Assembly: GCA_051652765.1 (NCBI GenBank)
Contig: JBOFUV010000003.1
Location: 1-42,073, forward strand
DNA from: Microcoleaceae cyanobacterium
GTDB lineage: Bacteria; Cyanobacteriota; Cyanobacteriia; Cyanobacteriales; Microcoleaceae
Direction: 5' to 3'
DNA: 42,073 nt
The translations under genes and the position numbers were made by a program. The notes beneath the pieces are model-generated. The model did no database searches, had not been told where the DNA came from, and was given only the letters and a program-made list of their open reading frames with translations. Numbering within the stretch: position 1 is the stretch's first letter; each line of letters begins with the position of its first letter. This document shows positions 31,323 through 40,772 of the stretch, in pieces.

Positions 31323-31360
31323 AAGGGCAGGCAGTAGTTTCAAAACTACCCTGCCCTTTT
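31323..31360 (+). terminator. Rho-independent terminator after the peptide gene
   Basis: AAGGGCAGG..GTAGTT / AACTAC-CCTGCCCTT stem ending in TTTT. Confidence 0.75.
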
Positions 31361-31430
31361 GGTCGTTGTTACCCGAGCTTTAGATTGCCAATTTCTAGTA
31401 GTTGTAACTTAAAGCTATAGCTGTAGTTAT

Positions 31431-31503
31431 GTAGGTTGGTGTCGAGCTTGTAAGATCCAACTCTCAGAGAATGGTTGGGTTTTACATTTCCTAACCAACC
31501 CAC
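31431..31503. repeat. Degenerate GTAG-type REP-like doublet
   Basis: Begins GTAGGTTGG and ends CCAACCCAC (imperfect terminal inverted repeat); related to 4257-4360. Confidence 0.6.
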
Positions 31504-31539
31504 AAAATTTGTCTAGACGAAATTTGCCTAGACGAACCA

Positions 31540-31974
31540 CTAATCGTAGGTTCCAGTATTTAAGCGGAAGTTCCCTTCTTGAAGGACAGAGGTAACTGGA
31601 GTAACGGTAAAACTATCCAAGTTGGCTCTTAAAAGATCTTCCTGCTGCTTGGCTAGCCCTGGTATTTTCAGAACATCGTCAACAGAGTCATAGGGAGCAT
31701 TGTCAATAATCACCTTTGCCAAATTAGGAAACATGCCTCTGAACTGACGAAACTCACGAATAGAGCTATTGTTCAGATCAATCTTCTTCCCAACTTCTGC
31801 AAGTTTCTCATCTGCGCGATTTCTCAGGTTTTCAACGGCTAGAATTGTTGAAGGTGAGGTACTATTAAAAAACGTCATAGAAATGGGATTAGCATCAGCC
31901 CGCAAAATCCCAAACCCTCCTAAGCAGGTGACGAATAGACTTAATGAAGCCAAAAAGCTAACAAATCGTTTCAT
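31540..31974 (-). CDS. psbU: Photosystem II extrinsic protein U
   Basis: Signal peptide, N.ADEKL...KIDLNN...F....G.FP.LA..I..NAPY..VDDVL.IPGL; ATG at 31974. Confidence 0.95.
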   Translation of the reverse strand: MKRFVSFLASLSLFVTCLGGFGILRADANPISMTFFNSTSPSTILAVENLRNRADEKLAEVGKKIDLNNSSIREFRQFRGMFPNLAKVIIDNAPYDSVDDVLKIPGLAKQQEDLLRANLDSFTVTPVTSVLQEGNFRLNTGTYD

Positions 31975-32235
31975 CAAAATTTTTCTCCTAATCTGATATG
32001 AACAGCACTAACCAACATCCCGTAACCTTTTGATGTTTGGATTGACTCCTATGAACTCCTACCGCAAGCTCTTAAAGTCAATGAAAACATTGTTTTACTG
32101 TTAGGTACTATACCGCACTATTGGCTCTTCAATACACCTGGATTTTGAGTCTAACCCACTCTGCTCAAAGGAGCATAACCAAGCAAATCATCAACAGATC
32201 ATCAAGAATTGTCACAAGAACAAGCCCCCAAATCC

Positions 32236-33204
32236 CTAAGGCCGAAGTCCAACCCCTAGCCCATAGCTGTAAACTTTCATCGTCTGATTTTCAGCATTGA
32301 ACAGGACTTTAATCCCACTGCCATCGGGATTCATCCACTCGTAGGTGATTTTGAAGGTTTCACCTCCCTCGGGATTAAAGTTAGTCGCTGTTCCAGGGGT
32401 TCCCATCACCCGTTGAACTTGTTCATAAGTCATGCCCAAGCGCAACTGATAATACTGAGTACGGGTCGCGATCATAGGCCCCTCGGGTTGATTAGACGGG
32501 GCAGGTTCACCAAACACATAACGATCCAGGTTCAGGCTAGAGACAGAAGTCACCTGTTGATCCGCATTGAACATCACAACAATACTGGAACGATCCGGAT
32601 TAGACCAGAAGTAGCGAATTCCCTGTACATAGCCGGACGGCGGATTAGAGAGTCCTTCAGCCCGACCTTGACTCCCCAAGATTGACTCTACCTCTGCCGC
32701 AGCCATCCCAAGCTTAATTTTGTTGTACTGATCGATGCCAAACTGACGAATGGATCGATTTTCTAGGGTAGTCTTCGGTTCACGGTTATCTGAGCTAGGA
32801 GTTTGACTGGAGGGCTGACGGGCAAATTGCAGGTTACTCTCGGTCGGCAAGTTATAGGATGCAAGCTTTACAACTTTCTGTTCAGCATCGAACACCATAC
32901 TAATGGATGAACCATCAGGATTGACCCAGTGGTAACTCACTTGTTTGGATTCAGGATTGGTGGTAAACCCTTCATCCCGCTCTCCTTCTGACCCCAGAAT
33001 CTTCCTGACATCCTCGTAGGTCATCCCGACCCGAACCTGGTCGTACTGAAACTTGGTAAAACGGTTCAAAGGGGTTGAGAAACCAGGATGAGTTCCTAGG
33101 AATAGAACCGCACCAATTAATCCTGAACAGAAAAGATCTCTCAACCTTCTTTTAAGGGCGCTGCTGGAGACTGGAGGGAATTGGAGCTTGGAATCTAAGT
33201 TCAT
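32236..33204 (-). CDS. Exported protein with three SmpA/BLIP-like (DUF3862-like) repeats
   Basis: Hydrophobic N-terminal segment; three QY......GM....V....G..G.....Y.W.NPD.S.I...F repeats. Confidence 0.75.
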   Translation of the reverse strand: MNLDSKLQFPPVSSSALKRRLRDLFCSGLIGAVLFLGTHPGFSTPLNRFTKFQYDQVRVGMTYEDVRKILGSEGERDEGFTTNPESKQVSYHWVNPDGSSISMVFDAEQKVVKLASYNLPTESNLQFARQPSSQTPSSDNREPKTTLENRSIRQFGIDQYNKIKLGMAAAEVESILGSQGRAEGLSNPPSGYVQGIRYFWSNPDRSSIVVMFNADQQVTSVSSLNLDRYVFGEPAPSNQPEGPMIATRTQYYQLRLGMTYEQVQRVMGTPGTATNFNPEGGETFKITYEWMNPDGSGIKVLFNAENQTMKVYSYGLGVGLRP

Positions 33205-33222
33205 TCTAAATCAACCCTTGAA

Positions 33223-35601
33223 CTAACGTTTGAGCCTAAATGACCGTCTAAATCCGAAGGAACGTTTAAACCTGAGCTGTTTGAGCTGGGCTTTTTTCAA
33301 GTTTTGCACAAGTTGACGAAGTTGGGACAGATTTGCAGACTCCCCACCGTAGCGCCATCGCACGTAGGTTTGAGACACTTCATCAATCACCTCAGCTTCA
33401 TCAATCGATTGATGCGATCGCACTGTGTGTGCATACTCTAGGGGGGTTTGAGCTAATTGTTTGGGATAGCCTTTGGTTGCCAACACCTTCAGCATCTGTT
33501 GGTATAAGCCTTCCTCAGAGGGTAACTTTGCCAGCCAGCGTCGATAGCGCCAAGTCTGCAACCCTTCCCAGCCCAGCCATCCCAGAAAGGCAACTCCGAT
33601 CGCCGTAGCCAAGCCCAGGAAGATACCCGCCCCTCCTTGGAAAAACAGGCTCACAAACCAGCGCACGATTCGCAGGATTGCCCCAATTAGCGTGCCAAAA
33701 ATCGTCTGTAATGCGCCCGTCACGGGAGAAGGTAGCCAACTAGCGACCCAACTCCAAAACGCTTGCAGAGCGCTAAAGGTTTGATTCTCCTCAATCGAAG
33801 GCGGAATTAAATCCATGCCCGGAATCGGGTTAAACGCAAACCAACCATACTGAGGAAAGTACACCTCGGTCATGGCGTGGGCATCAGTATTCCGAACAAT
33901 GTACAACCCGGTGAAGGGATTAAACTCCCCTGATTCAAACCCTGCGACTAGCCGAGTCGGGATGCCGATTGACCGTAACATCATTGTCAACACCGTTGCA
34001 AAATGATCGGGGTATCCTCCAGTAATCGTAGTGCCCTCAGGACTATTTTTATAGCCAAATAAAAAGGCTTCAACTAAATCTTCATTCTCCTCCAAAAATG
34101 GCGGAGCCTCTTGCAGTTTATAGAGCGGATTTTGTTTTAAATATTGCGCCAGAAATAACGCTTTTTCATAGGAAGAAGTCAGGGGAATATCGTTCTTGGC
34201 AACTCGATTGGGATTAGCTAGAATTTCCTCGGTTTTTTGTCGAACTTTTTCCCGAATTTCCTCTGGAACTTGCAGGTAATACTTCTGAATTTTTTGAGGA
34301 TAATCCGTTGAAGTCTCCCGCAGAGCAGCTCGATTTCGATAGGGAACCGCAGAAATCACCGTATAAGTCATGCCTTCCCGCAGTTCCAAAGGCGATCGCA
34401 AAGTCCCCTCTGGATCAACTCCCAGTTCTTCCGTTGGGTAGTACACTTCGGTGGCCCAAGGCATAGCCGGGAGCAAGTTCGGCAATTGAGAAATAATGGT
34501 ATAACTCTGAACCACCTCGCGGGTTTCTGCTTCAGTCAGAGGCGGGAGTAAGCGGAACTGGTACGTCCACCCTGGGCGACGCAGCTTGTAAATCTGATCG
34601 TTGCGAGAAATATCCCAGCCCTGCCCGGTATAACGGTCAAAGGCCACAACCCGCCAAAATCCTTTAGCCTGCGATCGCACGCGCATCACAATCTGGGGAT
34701 TCATCTCTCCCCGCAAGTTTTGATTAATTTGAGTGTCAAATCCGTAGTAAAAAGTCGAATCTAAGGCTCCTGGGCCAGAGCGTGGGCTCCGTCCCCCAGC
34801 TTCCGAACCCGCCCCCTCCCCTTGATCCCCTCCAGCAACGTAACCAGGGTTAAAAATCCGACTGGCATCAAACTCCCCCTCCGGCATTTCGAGGGGAGAA
34901 CTGACGGGGAATGATCGCAGTTGATATCCAGGAAGCCGAGGCAGTAGGGCAAAGATGAGTAATCCTACGGCAACAATCAGCAAAAAACTCAAGCCCAAGA
35001 ACTTCAAATTCAAACCTGCTGATCTAGAGGATTGCGGCGGCGGCTTGCGTTTCAAATTGAGCTGGAATTGAGACAGCCCTAACCGGGAGCGATAGTCCAG
35101 AATCAAGGTCGGGAGGGCGATCGCTAGAAATATGAGAATTAAAGGCCCAAAGGTCAAGGTCTGGCTTAGGGTCGCGGCGACACCCATTAAAATCAGCCCA
35201 ATCACCATGGAGTAACCCAAATCCTGGCGACGGGGCAAATCAAAGCTATGAAGAATTTGTAAATGAATTAATAATCCGGCTAGGGCGACTCGGGTATCGT
35301 TCAGTTCGCCAAACAAGCGCCCGAAGAAAGCACCTAGTGCCACGAGCATTCCAATCGCAATACAGAACTTAACAGGCACATTGCGATGACGGCGACGGAA
35401 TCCACTCCACGTTGCACCCACGATACTCACTGGAATTGCCCAAAGATTCAGCGGCTCCTCAATTGCAACATCTGTGGCGATAATTCCCACAATCACCAAC
35501 GACTGCACGGCCACCCTCAGCAGAACAGAATCTTCGGGCTGAGGTTTTGGTGCAGTCGCAATCCGATGGCGGAGCTGACTCACAAACGGGATATCCATCA
35601 T
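33223..35601 (-). CDS. TgpA-like membrane protein (DUF3488 + transglutaminase-like core + DUF4129)
   Basis: N-terminal TM bundle, MRVRSQ..FWR..AFDRY, LRSIGIPTRLVAGF..GE.N, C-terminal TM plus TPLEY..Y.RWRYG. Confidence 0.88.
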   Translation of the reverse strand: MMDIPFVSQLRHRIATAPKPQPEDSVLLRVAVQSLVIVGIIATDVAIEEPLNLWAIPVSIVGATWSGFRRRHRNVPVKFCIAIGMLVALGAFFGRLFGELNDTRVALAGLLIHLQILHSFDLPRRQDLGYSMVIGLILMGVAATLSQTLTFGPLILIFLAIALPTLILDYRSRLGLSQFQLNLKRKPPPQSSRSAGLNLKFLGLSFLLIVAVGLLIFALLPRLPGYQLRSFPVSSPLEMPEGEFDASRIFNPGYVAGGDQGEGAGSEAGGRSPRSGPGALDSTFYYGFDTQINQNLRGEMNPQIVMRVRSQAKGFWRVVAFDRYTGQGWDISRNDQIYKLRRPGWTYQFRLLPPLTEAETREVVQSYTIISQLPNLLPAMPWATEVYYPTEELGVDPEGTLRSPLELREGMTYTVISAVPYRNRAALRETSTDYPQKIQKYYLQVPEEIREKVRQKTEEILANPNRVAKNDIPLTSSYEKALFLAQYLKQNPLYKLQEAPPFLEENEDLVEAFLFGYKNSPEGTTITGGYPDHFATVLTMMLRSIGIPTRLVAGFESGEFNPFTGLYIVRNTDAHAMTEVYFPQYGWFAFNPIPGMDLIPPSIEENQTFSALQAFWSWVASWLPSPVTGALQTIFGTLIGAILRIVRWFVSLFFQGGAGIFLGLATAIGVAFLGWLGWEGLQTWRYRRWLAKLPSEEGLYQQMLKVLATKGYPKQLAQTPLEYAHTVRSHQSIDEAEVIDEVSQTYVRWRYGGESANLSQLRQLVQNLKKAQLKQLRFKRSFGFRRSFRLKR

Positions 35602-35914
35602 GGGGCCGAGTTGAGAAGTTCAGTGATGAGAAACACTGAACTACACTTTAACCGATCTCTGACTCACCAGCGACATCGCTACACCCTGAACCCGCGCTGC
35701 AACAGAAACAGATGCCCGGTAAGAATGTCCATTTAGATGTCAGCGACATAGCCCTTCAGACTAGGGGGTTAACCCGCACAATAACTTCTATAACAACAAT
35801 CCGTAATAGTTGATCAGATGTCTGTGATTGAGACTTCTAGGTTGCGTGGGCAAGATGCCTACTTCACATCACCCTTCAAATCAACGGGTTGCATCCGAGT
35901 TTCTGCATCAAACT

Positions 35915-35953
35915 CTCAAACTCAGCTCCTCAAACTCAGCTCCTCAAATTCAG
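35915..35953. repeat. 14-bp tandem repeat CTCAAACTCAGCTC x2.8
   Basis: Copies at 35915, 35929, 35943. Confidence 0.85.
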
Positions 35954-36002
35954 TGACCTGAACTTAATGGCCTGCACCAGGGTTCGAACTGCTCAAGACA
36001 GC

Positions 36003-36986
36003 CTAGGCTGGTGACTGGGGACAAATTGCAAAACTGAGCGGGCTTTGTTCTTCGGTATGCAACAGCACATTCAAACGATAGGTTTGGCCCGGTTGAGGAT
36101 CAACTAGCTCTAGCTTGAGATAGCCTTGCTCATTCCGTTGAGCCACGGTCTCGGTTCCATCTCCAGTGAGGAGCAGACGACCCCCATCGGGTAAGTACCC
36201 TAAAACCTTGAGGACAGTTCCCCAGCTTTCCTGAACATATTCAGCTTCAATCGTCAGAACACCCACATTCGTCAGCCACTGTTGCTGAACGGGAGCTTGA
36301 TTCAACGGACAGTTGAGGGTGAGGGCATGGAGGATTTCTTGGGCGGCCAGTAACAGCATCACCATCTGTTGATCAGAGGTGGCATTCTGATAGCAGGGCT
36401 GGGATTCAGGAGACAACGGAGTTCGGGCTGGGCCTAAGACCACTAACCCGGCAAGCTGGTTGAGCGGTTCAGGCTGATTTGGAAACAGGGCTTCTACAGC
36501 TTTGATCAGCTTTGCCCCTTCGCGCAAGGAGGATTGTAAAAGTTCTTGACAAGGGCTGAGCAGTTGAGCAAAAATTTCGGCGGGCAAAGGCACAGACCAG
36601 CGTAAATTTTGCCGATGGGCAGTCCAGAGATTCAGTTCAGGAACTTGTTCATTGATCAGAACGTCAGGGTAAGTAGCATAGCCTGCCTCACTCTCCCAAG
36701 GGAACAATGGTGGCTCCTGCAGGATTTCAGCTCTAAGCCGACGCTTCAATACCGCTTCAAATCGATTTTTCACAGTTGGCATTTCTCCGAGTACAAACGA
36801 TTGACCTTGATGGTAGGCAGTGGCAATTTCTTCAGAGTCTAAGGGATCGAGTTCTTCCCACTCGCCCTCATTTTCTCTGGAGTTCCCAGTTAAATCCTCT
36901 GGTTCGGCGCTAGCAGGTGTTGGCATTAACCAATCCAATATATAGCGCTCGAAGGATTGATCGTCTGGGTTTGTTCTGTTATTCAT
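36003..36986 (-). CDS. patU: PatU-like protein
   Basis: Overlaps the hetZ-like gene by 8 bp; LGEMPTVKNRFEAVLKRRL...PPLFPWE resembles PatU. Confidence 0.7.
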   Translation of the reverse strand: MNNRTNPDDQSFERYILDWLMPTPASAEPEDLTGNSRENEGEWEELDPLDSEEIATAYHQGQSFVLGEMPTVKNRFEAVLKRRLRAEILQEPPLFPWESEAGYATYPDVLINEQVPELNLWTAHRQNLRWSVPLPAEIFAQLLSPCQELLQSSLREGAKLIKAVEALFPNQPEPLNQLAGLVVLGPARTPLSPESQPCYQNATSDQQMVMLLLAAQEILHALTLNCPLNQAPVQQQWLTNVGVLTIEAEYVQESWGTVLKVLGYLPDGGRLLLTGDGTETVAQRNEQGYLKLELVDPQPGQTYRLNVLLHTEEQSPLSFAICPQSPA

Positions 36987-38142
36987 CGGTGGACATCCCT
37001 GCTCCGGACACTGTGTGATTTCTGATCTCCCAAGCCAGCTCCAAGAGTTTGAACCAACGTTTTTGAACCTGGGTAGCTTTATATCCTAGGGCTTGAGCAA
37101 TTTCTGCATCAGTCAAATCTTGTTGTTTTAACCTTAGCAGATGCATTTGCTCTGGATTGAGTTTTCCCCAAAAAGATTCCCATTCTTGAGAAGTGAGTCC
37201 CAGATTCCGTTCTAAATCAGCTTCTAGCCACTGGTGAACCAGTTCCCAGCGATGACCGAAGGCAAATCGCAACAGATGATACTTGAACCGTTGTTGTAAG
37301 TAATCTCGCTGCCGGGGAGTTAACCCGAGAATTTCCTCAATTTCTCGCGTGGGTAAATCTTGAAGTCGCAGTGTAAAGTAATCGGCACAATCGGATTGCT
37401 CATGCTTTTCTAGATAAGCCATCAATTCTTCAATCACCGTTTGACGCAGGGAGTCTAGATCTGGCTCATGGTTCTCGACTTCTGCCATGGCTGCCCGTAC
37501 CTGCTGCAAGGAAGCGTCATTCCAGGTTTGGTCAGCATCTTGACTTACGCCTTCAGCAGCCTGATCCAAGTCTACAAAGGCTTCCTTGGGTTGCTGTTGG
37601 GAGAAGGTCTGAGCCCGCAAAATGACTAACTGTTGACTGCGTCCTCGAGCTAGGGGGATTCGTCGCTTGCCATAACGTTCGCTGAAAGCCATGTACTCAG
37701 AGAGTTCTAGCAGGGTTTTGGGACAGTAAGTCGGAGGGAGTTGAGCCTCTTTGCGGAGGGCATTCAAGGTCTCTAGATAGAATCCTTGCAGAAAGTCTCG
37801 AATCAATTCCAATCGAGCTTGATAGCTGGATTGCACTTGCGGAGGAGTAATGTAACGATAAATAATGGCACTTAGGGTGCTGTGCAGTTCTCCTGGCCCT
37901 TGCCTAGAACCCAATTTGTAATAGTGCAAACATTGTTGCAGACGATGTTGAGCCAAAGTCATTGCCCAAGTCTCAATATCGCCTGAATCTTGAATCCGTC
38001 GGCTTTCAGTACAAATCCGGGCCGTTTCCTCTGTTATTCGGCGAGCGACAGCTTGGCAGTTTTGTTCAGAGGCACGGGTGGCTTGCTTGAGTTCGCTGCT
38101 CAGCTTCTCGAAAATGGTTTCACTTTGGCAGATTTCCCCCAT
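36979..38142 (-). CDS. hetZ: HetZ-like transcription regulator
   Basis: RIC.ES.RIQ.SG, YY.LGS.QG..ELHSTLS, C-terminal HTH LGLTPRQRDYLQQRFKYH; hetZ-patU order. Confidence 0.8.
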   Translation of the reverse strand: MGEICQSETIFEKLSSELKQATRASEQNCQAVARRITEETARICTESRRIQDSGDIETWAMTLAQHRLQQCLHYYKLGSRQGPGELHSTLSAIIYRYITPPQVQSSYQARLELIRDFLQGFYLETLNALRKEAQLPPTYCPKTLLELSEYMAFSERYGKRRIPLARGRSQQLVILRAQTFSQQQPKEAFVDLDQAAEGVSQDADQTWNDASLQQVRAAMAEVENHEPDLDSLRQTVIEELMAYLEKHEQSDCADYFTLRLQDLPTREIEEILGLTPRQRDYLQQRFKYHLLRFAFGHRWELVHQWLEADLERNLGLTSQEWESFWGKLNPEQMHLLRLKQQDLTDAEIAQALGYKATQVQKRWFKLLELAWEIRNHTVSGAGMSTDE

Positions 38143-38240
38143 GATTTTGAGCTATTTGTGTTGAGCTGTTTACAAAGACCCTAAATCCTTTCTTCCTGAC
38201 TAGCGCTTCGTTCTCCGGAGAGTTTCAGAGGGAGTGAAGT

Positions 38241-38315
38241 TTGGGAGCTATTTTTTGGGAACTATCTTGGGAACTATCTTGGGAAATATTTTTTGGGAAC
38301 TATCTTGGGGAAATA
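38241..38315. repeat. Six tandem copies of TTGGGAACTATC-like units (12-14 bp period)
   Basis: Copies at 38241, 38255, 38267, 38279, 38293, 38305 in the divergent promoter region upstream of hetZ. Confidence 0.9.
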
Positions 38316-38411
38316 ATCGCTATCATCAGGAAGTTCAAACCCTAAACTTTTAAGGGTTGAGGGGACTGATGAAAGGTTAGCGATCTAAAGATTAGCAAGG
38401 TTAAATCAACA

Positions 38412-38912
38412 ATGGACTTAGACCAACAAATTCAAGCTCTAGTTCAAAATGCACCTCAGGATGGCACCACTCCGGAAGTGGTCAAGGCGATCGCCCCTGC
38501 CCTCAAAGCATTGGCTGAGCAACTGCATCACGATCAGTACTATATTTTGCAAACCTTGGATGAATGTTGGGTCTTGACAACCCTGAGAAACCTTGACCAA
38601 CCCAAGCTAGAAAAACAAGTGCTATACGCTTATCCCACGGTCAAAGATGCCTCAGCCAGGGCCAACACGACTTTAGGTTCTACCATGGTTGCTGTGCCCT
38701 TACCCGTGACTCATATTTTATTTCAGATGTTGGCCATCCAACCCTTGAACAGTATTGTATTTCTAGAAACACCGGGCAACTTAGAAGCAGGGATAGAGGT
38801 CAAGCGCGAAGATGTTCAAAGCTTAGTGCAGGATTACTTGCAACATTATCAAGCTCAGCGTCAGTTTCAACCCGAGATTCTATCTCAACGTATTCCTCCT
38901 GACCTCGCTTAG
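38412..38912 (+). CDS. Conserved cyanobacterial hypothetical protein
   Basis: 166-aa ORF MDLDQQIQALVQNAPQDGTTP; protein-like composition. Confidence 0.8.
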   Translation: MDLDQQIQALVQNAPQDGTTPEVVKAIAPALKALAEQLHHDQYYILQTLDECWVLTTLRNLDQPKLEKQVLYAYPTVKDASARANTTLGSTMVAVPLPVTHILFQMLAIQPLNSIVFLETPGNLEAGIEVKREDVQSLVQDYLQHYQAQRQFQPEILSQRIPPDLA

Positions 38913-39152
38913 ATCAGGCTGAAAAAAGAGTAACGACCTTGACCAAACTAAGAGGGGTAAGCACGATAGATTAGATTCAAATCCTGTAAAAGCTTCTTGG
39001 ACTATCAATTAATCCAATCCCGCCAAAGTAGTTTTGAGGCATTAGGGTTAGATCATTTTGCCCTTGTAAAGGTATGAGCGATCAAGCATTCGCTAGAGTT
39101 GAAAAAGTCATGGACTCCCGCCTAGATTGATGTTTCGAGGGGAGGACTCTCC

Positions 39153-39503
39153 ATGAAATTCGAGGATATCTATCAATTTTTTCGCACTCCCCCTCCAATT
39201 TATCTCAACACGGAGTTGGCGGTCTGTTATATGTGCTCTGTGTTTCTCTGTGAGGACTCTTATGGAGCTGGGTTGGTGAGGAGATTGGAGCAAGAACATC
39301 CTCTCTATCGTTTGTCAGATACTGTACTTTACAAAGCGCTGGAATTCCTAGAGTCTCAAGGCAGTATCATTTGCTATTGGGCAAAAGTGAAGGGCAGAGG
39401 TCGCCCTCGGCGCATGTATCAAATCATTCCTGAGTTTCGGGCGAATGCTCAAGAACTGGCGCATCTTTGGCATGAATACGCCTATCAACGTAAACTAATG
39501 TAA
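39153..39503 (+). CDS. pex: PadR-family circadian period extender Pex
   Basis: MKFEDIYQFF..PPP.YL..E.AVCY...YRLSDTVLY.AL.FLE...GRGRPRRMY; GGAGG RBS. Confidence 0.88.
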   Translation: MKFEDIYQFFRTPPPIYLNTELAVCYMCSVFLCEDSYGAGLVRRLEQEHPLYRLSDTVLYKALEFLESQGSIICYWAKVKGRGRPRRMYQIIPEFRANAQELAHLWHEYAYQRKLM

Positions 39504-39548
39504 GTCAGCTAACAGAATTGAACTTTAACCTAGATTTAAATTAGCCCT

Positions 39549-40091
39549 ATGTCTCTTCCAATCATCCCTTCTACTTTTATCTTGACCTTATTGTTGGGAA
39601 TTGGCCTATTTTTCTTTGTGAAAGCTTCTGTAAAAGAACGCATCCAACAAGAGCAATTACAAGTTGCTGAGTCTGCTGAGTCTCTACTAAAACGGCTTCA
39701 AAGCTATTTCACGGCTAGGGCTTATCGGATTTCATCATCCAACCCTGATCAGAATCAAATCACGTTTGAGGGAAAGGTACGTGCTAGTTGGTTTCTTGCC
39801 ATTCTATTGACGGTGCTGACTGCAATTGGGTTACTTTGTTTGGGGTTGGTAATCTCAATGGTCACTTTGATTCCCAGCCCATGGCTACTCGGTCTGGTGT
39901 TGATCTCTCCAGTTGCAGGACTGTTTTATTGGCAAAGGGCTGAGCGCGTAGAACGAGTTTCCCTAAAGCTAGAGTCCACTAATACTACAGCGCAACAGCC
40001 CTTTTCTATCCTCACCGTGACTGCTCATCGAGATGAACTTGCTCTTCTCAAACAAGCCTTCAACTTAAAGCCTTTAGAAACTGCCTTCTGA
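39549..40091 (+). CDS. ccb1: Cofactor assembly of complex C subunit B (CCB1-like, cytochrome b6f haem ci maturation)
   Basis: STFILTLLLGIGLFFFVKASVKER, FEG.V..S.FLA, FYW..A.R.E, AHRDEL. Confidence 0.8.
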   Translation: MSLPIIPSTFILTLLLGIGLFFFVKASVKERIQQEQLQVAESAESLLKRLQSYFTARAYRISSSNPDQNQITFEGKVRASWFLAILLTVLTAIGLLCLGLVISMVTLIPSPWLLGLVLISPVAGLFYWQRAERVERVSLKLESTNTTAQQPFSILTVTAHRDELALLKQAFNLKPLETAF

Positions 40092-40148
40092 AGCGTCAGG
40101 GATTGCCGTTCAGGGACAAGATCCACTCAAATTAAATCAAATTAAAAT

Positions 40149-40478
40149 TTAAGCTCGGCTTGTAATTGTTGAAGCTGTAACCAGTGCAGTCCCTACTTTT
40201 TCAATTAAGTGCTTCAAGCTAGGGAATAGAAAATGATTCTCTTCCACATATTGAGCACCAAACAACCCCTTCTCAGCCCAAAAGTAACGATCTGTAGTAT
40301 GCTCATTACGCTTTACTAAGAGTAAAGCGGGAGGAATAATTCCTTCAGAATGAATAAACTTGCGAGCAGCCGTTACGGGTTTATCCTCACCACTAGAGAT
40401 GCTATATTGAGGCACGCATTCTAAGATCCGACGTCCCTCTTGCCTGCGACGACTCTTCCGCTTACGTCTTCTAGCCAA
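40149..40478 (-). CDS. DUF3155-family protein
   Basis: MARRRKRKSRRRQEGRRILE..PQY...RNEHTTDRYFWAEKGLFGAQY; TTG start after GGAGG. Confidence 0.85.
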   Translation of the reverse strand: MARRRKRKSRRRQEGRRILECVPQYSISSGEDKPVTAARKFIHSEGIIPPALLLVKRNEHTTDRYFWAEKGLFGAQYVEENHFLFPSLKHLIEKVGTALVTASTITSRA

Positions 40479-40772
40479 CTCACTTACCTCCTCTTTCTAC
40501 AGACGACTGTAAACCTAGCTACCGAATCCGGTAGAAGTATATCGGGTTCAACTTGAAAATTCAATATGTCTTAATAGAATGCAACGGGAACCCCTTGCCC
40601 TAAATGCTAACTGATGATACGCAGGTCAGGTATTCTGACTTGCAAAACAGATCCCTAGTCAATTCTCCCATTTTTTAGTCAGGATTATAAAGAGGGCTTG
40701 AAAAGTGAGCAACTGTTAGTCAAGCCCAGTGGGAATTCCCAACTCCTCCCTTGTATTATCCCTGTAGTATTC

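Noticed and set aside
38241..38315. Possible CRISPR array (also considered 5863-5955)
   Set aside because: Units are 12-14 bp and abut without unique spacers; no cas genes in the window
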